From positions 32,098 through 96,097 of the forward strand of contig NIVC01003476.1 in the NCBI GenBank assembly GCA_002269645.1: DNA of 64,000 bases. Reading direction: 5' to 3'. The notes under the pieces were generated by a model. That model was not told where the DNA came from, made no database searches, and worked only from the letters and a program-made list of their open reading frames with translations. Shown in pieces: positions 35,575 to 47,822 of this stretch. The stretch is from Macrostomum lignano (lineage: Eukaryota). Made by a program: the position numbers and the translations under genes. Every line of letters starts with the position of its first letter. Position 1 is the stretch's first letter.

Positions 35575-38500
35575 TGTCCCCGTCTGCAACGGAAGACGAT
35601 GGATAACGACGTACGCAAGACAGTAAAACAAACAAACTTTAAGAACTAGCTAGTAAACTTCGCAAAGTCAGTGAAGTAACGCGATCACGGTTTACTCAGT
35701 CTGAGCCTACAGCACAAGGCGATTTGGGGGATTCCTCACCCTAGTGCTTCTTCTTGTCGGAGCGATCTCTGGTGGAATCTCAGGCATATTAGTTTGTGGT
35801 TGTTGGTGAACTTCCTCTTCTTCCTCATCGGCTTCAGAGGCAGGAGCCAGCGGGCCGAATTGATTGTTTGAAGCCAGGTGTAGTTTGGCGCCCGTCAGTA
35901 GCCAGGAGGTGTTGCGCCCTTGCGTCATCAGGAACTCAGCTCGAGAGCTGGTGGTGTCGCCGTTGGCCTTAAACTGCACCGGGTCGCCATGCTGGAAGGT
36001 GGAGACCACCGGAACTCGAAGTCGCCGTCCTAGCACGAGCTCGGCAGGGGTTCGTCCGCGTGAAGTTGAAGAATTGCGATGATGTAGCAGAGCCCTCTGC
36101 AAAAAAGCGATAAAGCTGCCATGTGTTAGACGCTGGGTCCATGCCCACAAGGCCTTCTTGACAGTCTGGACGGCTCGCTCAGCTGCACCATTAGATTGAG
36201 GGGAATATGGAGGGCTCTCCGTCTTACGAGCACCGTTCTTTTCCAACCAGGCCAATAGTGGAGCCGAGGTGAACTCCGCTGCGTTGTCTGAGACAACCAG
36301 CTCCGGAACACCAAAACGAGTAAAAACTGTTCGCAATGAGGTGATGACGCTGTCTGCCGATCTGTCTTTTGTCGGGAAAGCTTCGATCCAGCCCGAGTAC
36401 GCATCAACCACGATGAGAATGTTGCCGACGGCTGGTACAAAAGCCCAGTCCATGTGCACTCTTTGAAATGGAGCGGTGGCAGGTGGCCAAGTGTCCCGAG
36501 TTTTTTTGTAGACGAGGTCTTAACTGAGTGCATGCCTGGCATTGATGAACGAATTGCTCCACAGTTCTCTGCATACCGGGCCACCAACAGGTCTGTGCAA
36601 GCAACTTGTAGGCTGCGTTGGAACCCGTGTGAGTGTCATGCACTGCGTCGAAGGCCTCTCGTCTGAGCCTTGGTGGAATGAATGCTCGGCGGCGCATGTA
36701 GATCAGGCCATTCTCTAGGGTCAGGCATTCCGCGACTTTCTTAAAGGCTGCCTCTTGCTTGTGTACAGTCTTGCCAGTCTCCAGACCGAATGCGGCGAAC
36801 TATTCGTTGAAGGAGTCTGTCTGACTCAATTTCGGATATTATTCTGTGTGGATCGATGGTAGGTGATTCAAAGGCAACGCAGTTTACCGCCTAAAAGGTA
36901 CTGCCAGGCTCAAGATCCGCGTTTTCGAACCGGAGTTGGGAGAGCGCGTCGGCATGCGGAATTTTTGTCCCTTGTAAGTATTCCAGAGTGAAGTCAAATT
37001 GCATTAGAAACAGCGCCCATCGGCTGATTCTGGAAGAGGTGCGCAATGGAATGCTGCCACCAAAGAGGCGAAGCAACGGTTGGTGGTCAGTCCGAATGGT
37101 GAACTTTCGGCCTTGCAGATAGTGTGCCAACCTATGGATTGCCCAGAAAATCGCCAGGGCCTCTCGTTCAATGTTTGAGTAGTTAGCTTCTGCGGATGAG
37201 AGTCCTGGAGATGTAAATCACGGGGTGCCCGTCCTGGATCAAAACAGCCGCAAGCGCACCTTTAGAGGCGTCAGTGGTGAGAGTGGCCTCTTTCTCGAGG
37301 CTGTAAGGCTGCACCACAGGCCTGGATGAGATTTCTCGCTTGAGCCCCTCAAATGCGTGAGTGCACTCATCGGACCAGTCGAAGGGCGAGTTTGCCTTCC
37401 GAAGGCCATTGAATGGAGCGACTTTGGCGGAAAAATTAGGTATCAGACGGCCAAAAAAATTTACTAGACCAAGGAACTGCTCAACTTCCTTCTTGGAGCT
37501 GGGAGCGGCGATATGACGGATCTTGTCAACTAAGCGGTCATCAGGCTGAATCCCAGATGCGGAGATTTTGAATCCAAGAAAGGAAATTTCATCGCAAATG
37601 TTTATGGAATTGCTTTCGTTGATGGTCACTTTCTTCTCTGCGAGCCTGGTTTTGACCGCCTTCAGCCGCCTACCTAGTGCTTCGGAATTCTCTGCAAAGA
37701 CTAGGACATCATCTTGGTAGACAAGGATACCTTTGAGGTCAGATAGAATATTCTCCATGGCCCTTTGAAAAATAAAAGAGGCATTTTTCATGCCCATTTG
37801 TAGGCGTTTGACACGGTAGAGGCCGCGTGAGGTATTGATCACTGATAGTTCCTCTGCAGATTCATCGAGAGCTATTTGCCAATAGGCAGAGCGCAAGTCT
37901 ATTTTCGCAAACTTTTTTGCGTTTTTGAGCTTGGCGAATAGGTGCTCAATCGAGGGGATTGGATAGGACTCCGACTTGATTTTCCCATTGACGTGCATTT
38001 TGTAATCGGCACACATGCGCAGCGAGCCATCTTTCTTCTTAACCCAAACAACAGGCGATGCGTTGCTTACGGGGCCATCAATGGGCTCGATGACGCCCAG
38101 CTGCTGCAGTCTCTCTAGCTCGGCATTAACTTGTGGCTCCAGCGCAAGTGGAACTGGACGAGCGCGGCAGAACTGCGGCCTGGCTGGCACCTTCAATCAG
38201 TTCCATGCTCGCTTTGATGCCCTTGATGGTCGGCAGTGGTTCATTGGCAGGCGCCGCTGTGGCAGTGGTGGCTGCGTGGAATACGGCGTCGCATTCTAGA
38301 AGATCGCGTCCTAGCAGGCTGAATGTCTTTGAAGATGAAACCACCATCAGCTCAGCTGGATGAATTCGACCGCGCATCTCGACGGTGGTAGACAGCTTTC
38401 CCAATGTCTTTAGGATGTGGTCATCATATGCCTCGAGTCGCCGATGATACTTGTCCAATTTGGGGCATTGCAGCGATTCCCAGAGGTGGCTAGAAAGCAC

Positions 38501-39477
38501 TGAAACTGAAGCTCCGGTGTCGATCTGCATCGGAATAGCGACACCGTTGATCAGCACAGTTTCTTTCGCTACCGAAACAGCATGGATGAGATCTACGTCT
38601 GTCAGATGGAGTACATCAGAGGCGTCGGAGTCCGAGGTTACAAGTTTCGTGTCCATATGGTTGACCTGTTTGACGCCACGAAGTTGCGACGCCACTGGAG
38701 CGGCACACGGATCCATAGTGGTTGCGCTTGTTGCATTTATTGCATGTCTTGCCGTAAGCCGGGCATTTGCCAGCTGGGTGAGATCTGCCACAAAACTTGC
38801 AGTCGCCTATATGCCGTTCATGGGACATGGTCACGCTACCGCCTCGATGCTGCCGAGCTCCCTTCCCTGCGAAGTTGATGGAGTGTCCTTCTTGGGTAGG
38901 CTCTGTGTCAGCGTTTCGAAGATCCCTGCTGTCTACGAACTTCGTCACTTATTCGATAGTCCTGACTATATCCACGATTTCGGTGATCTTCAAGTCTTTC
39001 GTTTGCATGGCTCCCAGAATGCGTCGTTGATCTTCTGGGTTCTGTAAGCCAGAGATGAGCATCAGACGTACCATTCCTCTTCCGGGCTGGTGCAGGTTTT
39101 TAGAGCATCGAACTCGCAGTGCGTGGCCCCCTTCCTCAAGCGAGAAAGGAACTCCGTAATGGGCTCATCGGCAGCTTGACGTAGCGTGAAGAATTTAGTT
39201 CTCTCAGCAACGACAAGGTACTTTTGAGGTTGCAGAAAGTTCACATGGCAGTCTCCAGCTCCGCAAAAGTGTGTGCTTCCACTTCTTTCGGTGCGACAAG
39301 ATGAGTATTTTTTTCGAGAGCTGCTAGCCCACAGAGCGCTATAAAGTTGTCCGTGATTTGTCGATCTGTTTCTTTATCTTCCCACTTCTTGGTTCGACCC
39401 AAGGCTTTGAATGCTTTAATCCAGGTTAATGCATGAACCGTGTCAGCAAGGTCCAGATTGCCAAGCCGCGACGCCAT

Positions 39478-39664
39478 TGTCGTAGTTTGAACGAAGCTGT
39501 CCGCAGAGTTTATTCAAGCATAGAAAGTTATAACATAAGTGGGAGGCTGAGAACGAAAGCTTAAGAACATATAGCTGGTTGCTACCATAGACATAACGAG
39601 CATATGGGTAAAGTGGGTAAAGTGCAACAACGCTAGCTCTAGCTAGCAGCCACTATGTACCACA
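39478..39664 (-). repeat. 5' LTR (187 bp)
   Basis: Followed on the minus strand by A-TGGCGTCGCGG, which is both the PBS and the gag start. Confidence 0.95.
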
Positions 39665-39789
39665 CTCAACTCTAGAAGCTGCGCGGGCCTGGACTCACCT
39701 GGACTCGCTGGCCCGGAACTATTTTTTCAGGCAATTTTAGTGCGAATATTCGCGATACACTACTTACAAAAAGTAAAGTAATGCTGGGA

Positions 39790-40462
39790 AGAGACGAGAC
39801 CTGTGAGAAATGAGACAGAAGAGAGATGAGACAGGAGAGAAATGAGACAAGGGAGAGATGAGACAGGAGAGAGATGAGACAGGAGAGAGATGAGACAGGG
39901 GAGAGATGAGACAGGAGAGAGATGAGACAGGATTGAGATGGGACAGGAGAGAAAGATGAGACAGGTTAGAGTTGAGATGGCGTCAAAAGAGATGAGACAG
40001 GAGAGAGATGAGACAGGGGAGAGATGAGACAGGGGAGAGATGAGACAAGGGAGAGAGATGAGAGAGGAGAGAGATGAGACAAGGGAGAGAGATGAGAGAG
40101 GAGAGAGATGAGACAGGGGAGAGATGAGACAGGGGAGAGATGAGACAAGGGAGAGAGATGAGAGAGGAGAGAGATGAGACAGGGGAGAGATGAGACAGGG
40201 GAGAGATGAGACAAGGGAGAGAGATGAGAGAGGAGAGAGATGAGACAGGGGAGAGATGAGACAGGGGAGAGATGAGACAGGGGAGAGATGAGACAAGGGA
40301 GAGAGATGAGAGAGGTGAGAGATGAGACAAGGGAGAGAGATGAGAGAGGAGAGAGATACGACAGAGAGAGATGAGACAGGGAAGCGATGAGACAGGAGAG
40401 AGATGAGACAGGAGAGAGATGAGACAGGATTGAGATGGGACAGGAGAGAAAGATGAGACAGG
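39790..40462. repeat. Purine-rich about 15-bp satellite GAGAGATGAGACAGG
   Basis: Same family as 46070-47700 and in the same orientation. Confidence 0.95.
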
Positions 40463-40630
40463 TTAGAGTTGAGATGGCGTCAACACGCCATCTGTTGATG
40501 GTGTGGGCTCTCCATTGGCAGTGTTGGCTCTCTGGTGATGGATCAATAGTCAATTGCATTTTGCTTTATCTAACTCGTAGAATTCAATGCTTAAGCTTGT
40601 ATACACACACCGGGATAGCAATGGATAAAT

Positions 40631-40724
40631 AATCAGCGGTCCCAGTGCGTGACAACGATTGTCTGGCGAGCGCCGGTAGGCGCGAGCCATAGACAATCGT
40701 TGTCACGCACTGCGACCGCTGATT
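40631..40724. repeat. 94-nt near-perfect inverted repeat (hairpin)
   Basis: 34-nt arms at 40631-40664 and 40691-40724 with one mismatch. The loop has a further GCGCC-GGTA-GGCGC mini-stem. Confidence 0.9.
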
Positions 40725-41988
40725 CTTTGCATTGTTTTTCTGTTTGACGATCCTACAGACAATGCATTGTTTGTAGTAATGGATTGTTCTGCATTAAAAA
40801 TGTGAATAATGATCGTCAAATTGCTAAACAATGGTGTGGCCTCGGTTTTATTGTATTTTTCACCTAACTATCTGAACCTGATTTGCGCTCGTCTATACTT
40901 TATTAGATCAGATGCGCTTGAAGATGCTTGTTTAGCAAAAGATAGAAACTATTTCAGGCTATTTATATTTAAAACCTTTTCGCGCCGGAGCTAGAAATAC
41001 AGAAGCTCCGTTCCTGCCGACATGGTCAGCTGGGCTGGCCATAGACTATAGCTAGAATCTTAATGCGCCGCTGTGCAAAGCCTTTCTAGCCGAGAAGGGA
41101 GCATTTTATACTTGGCTTGGATAAATCTAGGGTCGAAAAAGCAGTTTCAAAGTGCATTTTTCTTAATGCTCTCTATATAGATTATGCAGTGTGTACACTC
41201 GAAATCTAGCAATAGACACTACAGTTCACTTTAAAATCTGCAAACAGGCCTTTTTGAAAGAGAAAGCACTGCACCTCCTTAATACGAGTAGTGTATCATT
41301 TTATTGAAAAGTAAATCAGCTACAACCATGAAAATTTTGCATTCATCGGATTCTGAGACTGATGATGTCATCACAGAGAATGCTGAAACCGAGTCGCTGC
41401 ATTCCATTGCAGATAAGTGGGACTTTTTTCACCCATTTTTCGTATGATCAGCGCTGCTGACCATGCTCGGCAGGAACGGCTACTGTGCAGCACATAAATT
41501 TTCTTTCACTATAGACTCCAAAAAATTACCAGCAGTAAAGGCTGTTAGTCCATGTTCAGCTCTGCTGACCATCCGGCAGGTTAAAGTTAATGGGTTTGTA
41601 TCATTTTTTACTTGTACAAACGCCTTGTGTATGTTGTAACGAGTACATATTTATTTTGGAATAGATTTTTTGCTGCAGTGGAACGGAACTTTTTAAGTGC
41701 AAAATTAGTGCAAAACGCTAGGAGTGTAACAAATTTGAATTTAAAATTAACAGAAGTGAAAGAGATAAAAAGCAATAAAATTAAGTGGTGTAATTTTTTG
41801 TGCACTCAATCAGAATAAGAAATTGGGGTTATAATTAGCTGTAAGGTTTGGATTTTGTAACGCGATTTACTATCGAGGGCAGTTTAACAATAGATAAATT
41901 AAACAATTAGTTAAAGCTGAATCACCCAGGTCGCTTCCTGTTATTCACTTTTTGTGGATTTTTTTATGCCTACTAAGCTTTGATTTGC

Positions 41989-42135
41989 TCACTTCTTTGT
42001 TGCAAATGGGGCACAGACATCTTTCACCTTTGAATGCTGCCCCGGCATTGCCTCCTCCTCTTCCCCCTCCTCCTCCTCCTCCTCCTCCTCCTCTTCCTCC
42101 TCCTCCTCCTCCTCCTCTTCCCCTCCTCCTCCTCC

Positions 42136-42197
<62 letters not shown>

Positions 42198-44235
42198 CTC
42201 CTCCTCCTCCTCCGACGGCATCGCCTCCTCCTCCTCCTCCTCCTTCGACGGCATCGCCTGCTCCTCCTCCTCCTCCTCCTTCGACGGCATCGCCTGCTCC
42301 TCCTCCTCCTCCTCCTTCGACGGCATCGCCTGCTCCTCCTCCTCCTTCTCCTCCTCCTCCTCCTCGTGTGAATTGAACCTCCGTCCAGATCGGAGCATGA
42401 CTCGAGTAACTGTCTCTCATCTGCGTCATTATATTATGCCGGCCAAAACTTAGCTCATACAGTGCTCTGTATTCCTGCCGCTGAATCAGTGCGAAGTTGT
42501 CGATTAGTTCAGTTTCGGTTGTTACACCCTCGCTGATGGCCGGCCGAAATCGTGGGAAATTGTCTTTTACACCATCATAACTGAGGTTCCAATCGCCACC
42601 AATCATGACAAAATCTGCATCTCCGCAGAGTCGATCAACTGCTCCGTTTAGAATTTTATAACAATCTTTCTTTTCTTCGTTGCTTCTGTGTGGCAGATGT
42701 ACAGAGAAGTAGGCCAAGATCATGCCATTGGCTCTCATCCTGAGCTTCGTTAACAGATAGCGGCCCTTGTCGGATGCCGTGAAACACTCATGCTGCAGCT
42801 GCCAGACTTTAGTATTAAAGGCTGTAACGATGGTATCCGGAGAATTACGATTGAGAATGTGGGAGACACATTCCCAATCGGGGCCAAGCAAGTCACAAAA
42901 TGTTTTCAGGTACTCCTGTCCGCTCCATTCAGAAATTGTGATTATGCTGAGCTGAGAGTTCTGCTTGGCTGACAGAAGTTTTTGGCAACACATTCGAACT
43001 TCTTCTTCTAGCTCTGCCGCAGCTTTCTTCGCAGTTGTCACCTGATTAGTTGTCGCCTTATCTGCCGCCTCTGCCGCCTCTGCCGTCTCTGCCGCCTCTG
43101 CCGTCTCTGCCGCCTCTGCCGCCTGACCTGCCGCCTGATCTGCCGCCTTTGCTGCCTGATCTGCCGCCTCTGCCACCTTTGCTGCCTGATCTGCCGCCTT
43201 TGCTGCCTGATCTGCCGCCTCTGCCGCCTTTGCTGCCTGATCTGCCGCCTTTGCTGCCTGATCTGCCGCATTTGCCGCCTGATTTGTTTTCATATTTGCT
43301 CTCCATACTTCTTGAATTGCCTTGCACACTGCTACCACCGCTGTCTCATTCCCTGCCACATCTGTCTCATTCCCTGCCACATCTGTCCCAGTCCCTGCCA
43401 CATCTGTCCCAGTCCCTGCCACATCTGTCCCAGTCCCTGCCACCTCTGTCCCAGTCCCTGCCACCTCTGTCCCAGTCCCTGCCACCTCTGTCCCAGTCCC
43501 TGCCACCTCTGTCCCAGTCCCTGCCACCTCTGTCCCAGTCCCTGCCACCTCTGTCCCAGTCCCTGCCACCTCTGTCCCAGTCCCTGCCACCTCTGTCCCA
43601 GTCCCTGCCACCTCTGTCCCAGTCCCTGCCACCTCTGTCCCAGTCCCTGCCACCTCTGTCCCAGTCCCTGCCACCTCTGTCCCAGTCCCTGCCACCTCTG
43701 TCCCAGTCCCTGCCACCTCTGTCCCAGTCCCTGCCACCTCTGTCCCAGTCCCTGCCACCTCTGTCCCAGTCCCTGCCACCTCTGTCCCAGTCCCTGCCAC
43801 CTCTGTCCCAGTCCCTGCCACCTCTGTCCCAGTCCCTGCCACCTCTGTCCCAGTCCCTGCCACCTCTGTCCCAGTCCCTGCCACCTCTGTCCCAGTCCCT
43901 GCCACCTCTGTCCCAGTCCCTGCCACCTCTGTCCCAGTCCCTGCCACGTCTGTCCCAGTCCTTGCCTTTGCTTCCTCGGATCGCCAATACTCTTCTGTCC
44001 GTTTCAACGCCTCTGCCACATTCTTTAACGCAATTTTCACCTCATTCCAATACCTACTCGCCTCTTCGGGTGCCTCATGTAACAACACGAGCTGCGATGC
44101 CGCTGAAAACGCTATTTTAACCAGTCCACTAGGAAGCAAGTCTCCTTTAAGCTCTGGTTTTCGTTTTGAACCATCCGCGTTGATGGACAGCGCCAAGAAA
44201 CCAGTGCAGTCAGAGTTGGCTGGCTCGGTCGCCAT
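41989..44235 (-). CDS. EEP (exonuclease-endonuclease-phosphatase, DNase I-like) fold protein, paralog A; domain split by (TGTEVAG)x28 and Ala/Gln repeats; Gly/Glu tail; 748 aa
   Basis: Ordered EEP-like motifs [39 protein letters not shown]. Intronless, with in-frame stops upstream of the ATG. Confidence 0.7.
43345..43960. repeat. Coding 21-bp minisatellite TGTCCCAGTCCCTGCCACCTC (28 units plus 2 variants)
   Basis: In frame inside paralog A, encoding TGT(E/D)VAG. Confidence 0.96.
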
Positions 44236-45850
44236 ACTTCACGGCCTTGCGGGTGATGAAAATACCGGTCACCGTCAGACAGTCCCTGGTCCCAAAGTCA
44301 CGGATCTCAGTTCCTCCAGCACTAAGGCCACCTTTTCTGGAAAAATCGTAAAAACGTATCATGAGAAAGAACTCAAACTCGTATCTAACAGTTTTTACTT
44401 GCGGTAAAAAAACACAGAACACTGTCCAATGTGAGGCATGTGCTGTGTACTGGCACACAGAACACTGTCCAATGTGAGGCATGTGCTGTGTACTGGCACA
44501 CAGAACACTGTCCAATGTGAGGCATGTGCTGTGTACTGGCACACAGAACACTGTCTAATATGAGGCATGTGCTGTGTACTGGCACACAGAACACTGTCCA
44601 ATGTGAGGCATGTGCTGTTTACTATCTGTGTACTAGACCCCTGTCCCTGATCTTCTGGCCACTGATCCCAGTCTCTGATCCCTGACCCCAGTCCCTGACC
44701 CCAGTCCCTGACCCCAGTCCCTGACCCCAGTCCCTGACCCCAGTCCCTGACCCCAGTCCCTGACCCCAGTCCCTGACCCCAGTCCCTGACCCCAGTCCCT
44801 GACCCCAGTCCCTGACCCCAGTCCCTGACCCCAGTCCCTGACCCCAGTCCCTGACCCCAGTCCCTGACCCCAGTCCCTGACCCCAGTCTCTGATCCCAGT
44901 CTCTGATCTCCGATCCCAGTCCCTGCTCCTAGTACACAGAGCACTGTCCCCAGAACACTTCCATCACCAAAGGCAGTCAAGAGGCTAGTCACTCACATGA
45001 GCTGTCAGCAATTGTCGTGGCGAATCGGCACAGCAACTGGGGGAGTCCAGGCAGCTGTCTCTGCAGCACCCAAGCCGAAAATGCATACTATATACGCAGC
45101 ATTTCGCCTCACATGAGATTCCTGTCCAATGGGAACAGCTGAATCTGGACTCACGGCTGCAGCGGCGGAGAGAGGACGGTGGGAGACGGTCAGCCCCACC
45201 CCTCCTGATACAAGGCAGCAGCCCAGCACAACAGCTGGGGTGGGGCAGGTCTCCCTAACAGCTAACTCTCGTAGTGTTTTTTTGCTGTACAAGGAACCGG
45301 GACTGCGTCTCCACTTATCTAAACTCTTTGCAGACAATGAAAAATTGTCAAAACATGTTTTAGAAGTATAATATTTAATGAGTTATTAGCTATTGAAAAT
45401 GCTCTGTAGCAGTCTGTATTCTGTGCTCTGTTGCAGTCTGTATTCTGTGGTCTGTAGCAGTCTGCATTCTGTGCTCTGTTGCAGTCTGTATTCTGTGGTC
45501 TGTAGCAGTCTGTATTCTGTATGGTCTGTAGCAGTCTGTATTCTGTGGTCTGTAGTAGTCTGTATTCTATGGTCTGTACCAGTCTGTATTCTGTGGTCTG
45601 TAGCAGTCTGTATTCTGTGGTCTGTAGCAGTCTGTATTCTGTGGTCTGTAGCAGTCTGTATTCTGTGGTCTGTAGCAGTCTGTATTCTGTGGTCTGTAGC
45701 AGTCTGTATTCTGTGGTCTGTACCAGTCTGTATTCTGTAGTCTGTAGCAGTCTGTATTCTGTGGTCTGTAGCAGTCTGTATTCTGTATGGTCTGTACCAG
45801 TCTGTATTCTGTATGGACTGTAGCAGTCTGTATTCTGTATGGTCTGTAGC
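44236..45850 (-). repeat. Upstream block duplicated at about 53966-54950; contains 43-bp, 13-bp and 24-bp arrays
   Basis: Unique stretches align almost base for base with the region upstream of paralog B; the array copy numbers differ. Confidence 0.9.
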
Positions 45851-46069
45851 ACTCTGTAATCTCTATATATATGAGTTCAACACCCTTCTCATCACCGTTG
45901 CAATCCATTACAAAAAATACAAATAAATTAATCGATGTGCCATTAATGAACCTTTTGAGGTCTCAAATCGTGTTTTCAGCTTCTAAAAGTAGCAAATTGA
46001 ATTGTCCCTTGAACAAGATCTTGCAGATATAGATTTCTGTGAATCAGATGCCATTTACCCCCAAACATT

Positions 46070-47700
46070 GGAGAGACGAGACAAGACAAGGGGAGATGAG
46101 ACAGCGAGAGATGAGACACGGTAGAGATGCGACAGGAGAGAGATGAGACAGTGAGAGATTAGAGATGAGATGATGAGACACGGGAGAGAGATGAGACTCG
46201 GGAGAGACGGTAGAGATGAGACTCGGGTGAGACGGGAGAGACGGGAGAGATGATACACGGGAGAGACGAAACACTGGAGAGATGAGACACCGGAGAGATG
46301 AGACACTGGAGAGATGAGACACGGGAGAGATGAGACACGGGAGAGATGAGACACGGGAGAGATGAGACACCGGAGAGATGAGACACGGGAGAGATGAGAC
46401 ACGGGAGAGATGAGACACTAGAGAGATGAGACACGGGAGAGATGAGACACGGGAGAGATGAGACACGGAAGAGATGAGACACCGGAGAGATGAGACACTG
46501 GAGAGATGAGACACGGGAGAGATGAGACACGGGAGAGATGAGACACGGGAGAGATGAGACACGGGAGAGATGAGACACGGGAGAGATGAGACACTAGAGA
46601 GATGATACCCTGGAGAAATAAGACACTGAAGAGATGAGACACTGGAGACATGAGACACCGAAGAGATGAGATACGGAAGAGATGAGACACTGGAGAGATG
46701 AGACACGGGAGAGATGAGACACTGGAGAGATGAGACACTGGAGAGATGAGACACCGAAGAGATGAGACACTGGAGAGATGAGACACGGAAGAGATGAGAC
46801 TCTGGAGAGATGAGACACTGGAGAGATGAGACACGGGAGAGATGAGACACGGGAGAGATGAGACTCTGGAGAGATGAGACACGGGGGATGAGACACTGGA
46901 GAGATGAGACACTGGAGAGATGAGACACTGGAGAGATGAGACACGGGAGAGATGAGACACGGGAGAGATGAGACTCTGGAGAGATGAGACACGGGGGGAT
47001 GAGACACTGGAGAGATGAGACACTGGAGAGATGAGACACTGGAGAGATGAGACACGGGAGAGATGAGACACGGGAGAGATGAGACTCTGGAGAGATGAGA
47101 CACGGGGGGATGAGACACTGGAGAGATGAGACACTGGAGAGATGAGACACCGAAGAGATGAGACACGGAAGAGATGAGACACGGAAGAGATGAGACTCTG
47201 GAGAGATGAGACACGGGGGGATGAGACACCGGAGAGATGAGACTCTGGAGAGATGAGACACCGGAGAGATGAGACACTGGAGAGATGAGACACCGAAGAG
47301 ATGAGACACGGGAGAGATGAGACACGGGAGAGATGAGACACGGGAGAGATGAGACACGGGAGAGATGAGACTCTGGAGAGATGAGACACGGGGGGATGAG
47401 ACACTGGAGAGATGAGACACCGAAGAGATAAGACACGGGAGAGATGAGACTCTGGAGAGATGAGACACGGGAGAAATGAGACACGGGAGAGATGAGACAC
47501 GGGAGAGATGAGACACGGGAGAGATGAGACACGGGAGAGATGAGACACGGGGGGATGAGACACTGGAGAGATGAGACACTGGAGAGATGAGACACTGGAG
47601 AGATGAGACACTGGAGAGATGAGACACGGGGGGATGAGACACTGGAGAGATGAGACACTGGAGAGATGAGACACTGGAGAGATGAGACAGGGTAGAGACG
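46070..47700. repeat. 15-bp purine-rich satellite GAGAGATGAGACAC(G/T)G
   Basis: More than 100 units; source of the spurious VSHLSRVSSL ORFs. Confidence 0.97.
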
Positions 47701-47822
47701 GATGAGAAAATCGGAGGAGATAGCGCCAGGAGTGAGGCCTGTCAGAAGCCCCAGCCAGAGTTTCTGAAAACTGCTTTGAATTGCTCAACAGCAAGTATTC
47801 ACGCATAACCCATTCTGCAAAT

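Larger units (their letters stand above)
35392..39664 (-). mobile_element. Full-length Ty3/Gypsy LTR retrotransposon (Mag-like), 4.27 kb, frameshifted gag-pol
   Basis: LTRs 35392-35574 and 39478-39664 (TG..CA; 4 substitutions plus a 4-nt indel). TSD CTCAA (35387-35391 and 39665-39669). PBS-like TGGCGTCGCGG. Gag double Zn-knuckle CKFCGRSH..CPAYGKTCNKCNKRNH..VC. PR IDTGAS, RT YQDD, RH TDAS, IN HDTHTG..CQAC and VDAYS/SDNA/GAAER, in PR-RT-RH-IN order. Confidence 0.96.

Noticed and set aside
41005-41485. Possible THAP or transposase remnant between the inverted repeats CCGTTCCTGCCGACATGGTCAGC and GCTGACCATGCTCGGCAGGAACGG
   Set aside because: The inverted repeats are visible, but no frame gave a convincing transposase or THAP motif; at most a non-coding MITE.
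43050-44407. Plus-strand ORFs (PPLSQSL)n, (CHLCPSP)n and (PATSVPV)n
   Set aside because: Antisense shadows of the coding repeat in EEP paralog A; the minus-strand frame carries the conserved domain motifs.
45005-45337. ORF upstream of EEP paralog A as an extra coding exon
   Set aside because: In-frame stops precede the 44235 ATG, and no compatible splice path or recognisable domain was found.
46044-47806. 350-530-aa minus-strand ORFs of VSHLSRVSSLPCLISP
   Set aside because: A pyrimidine-rich satellite strand depleted of stop codons; no domain content.
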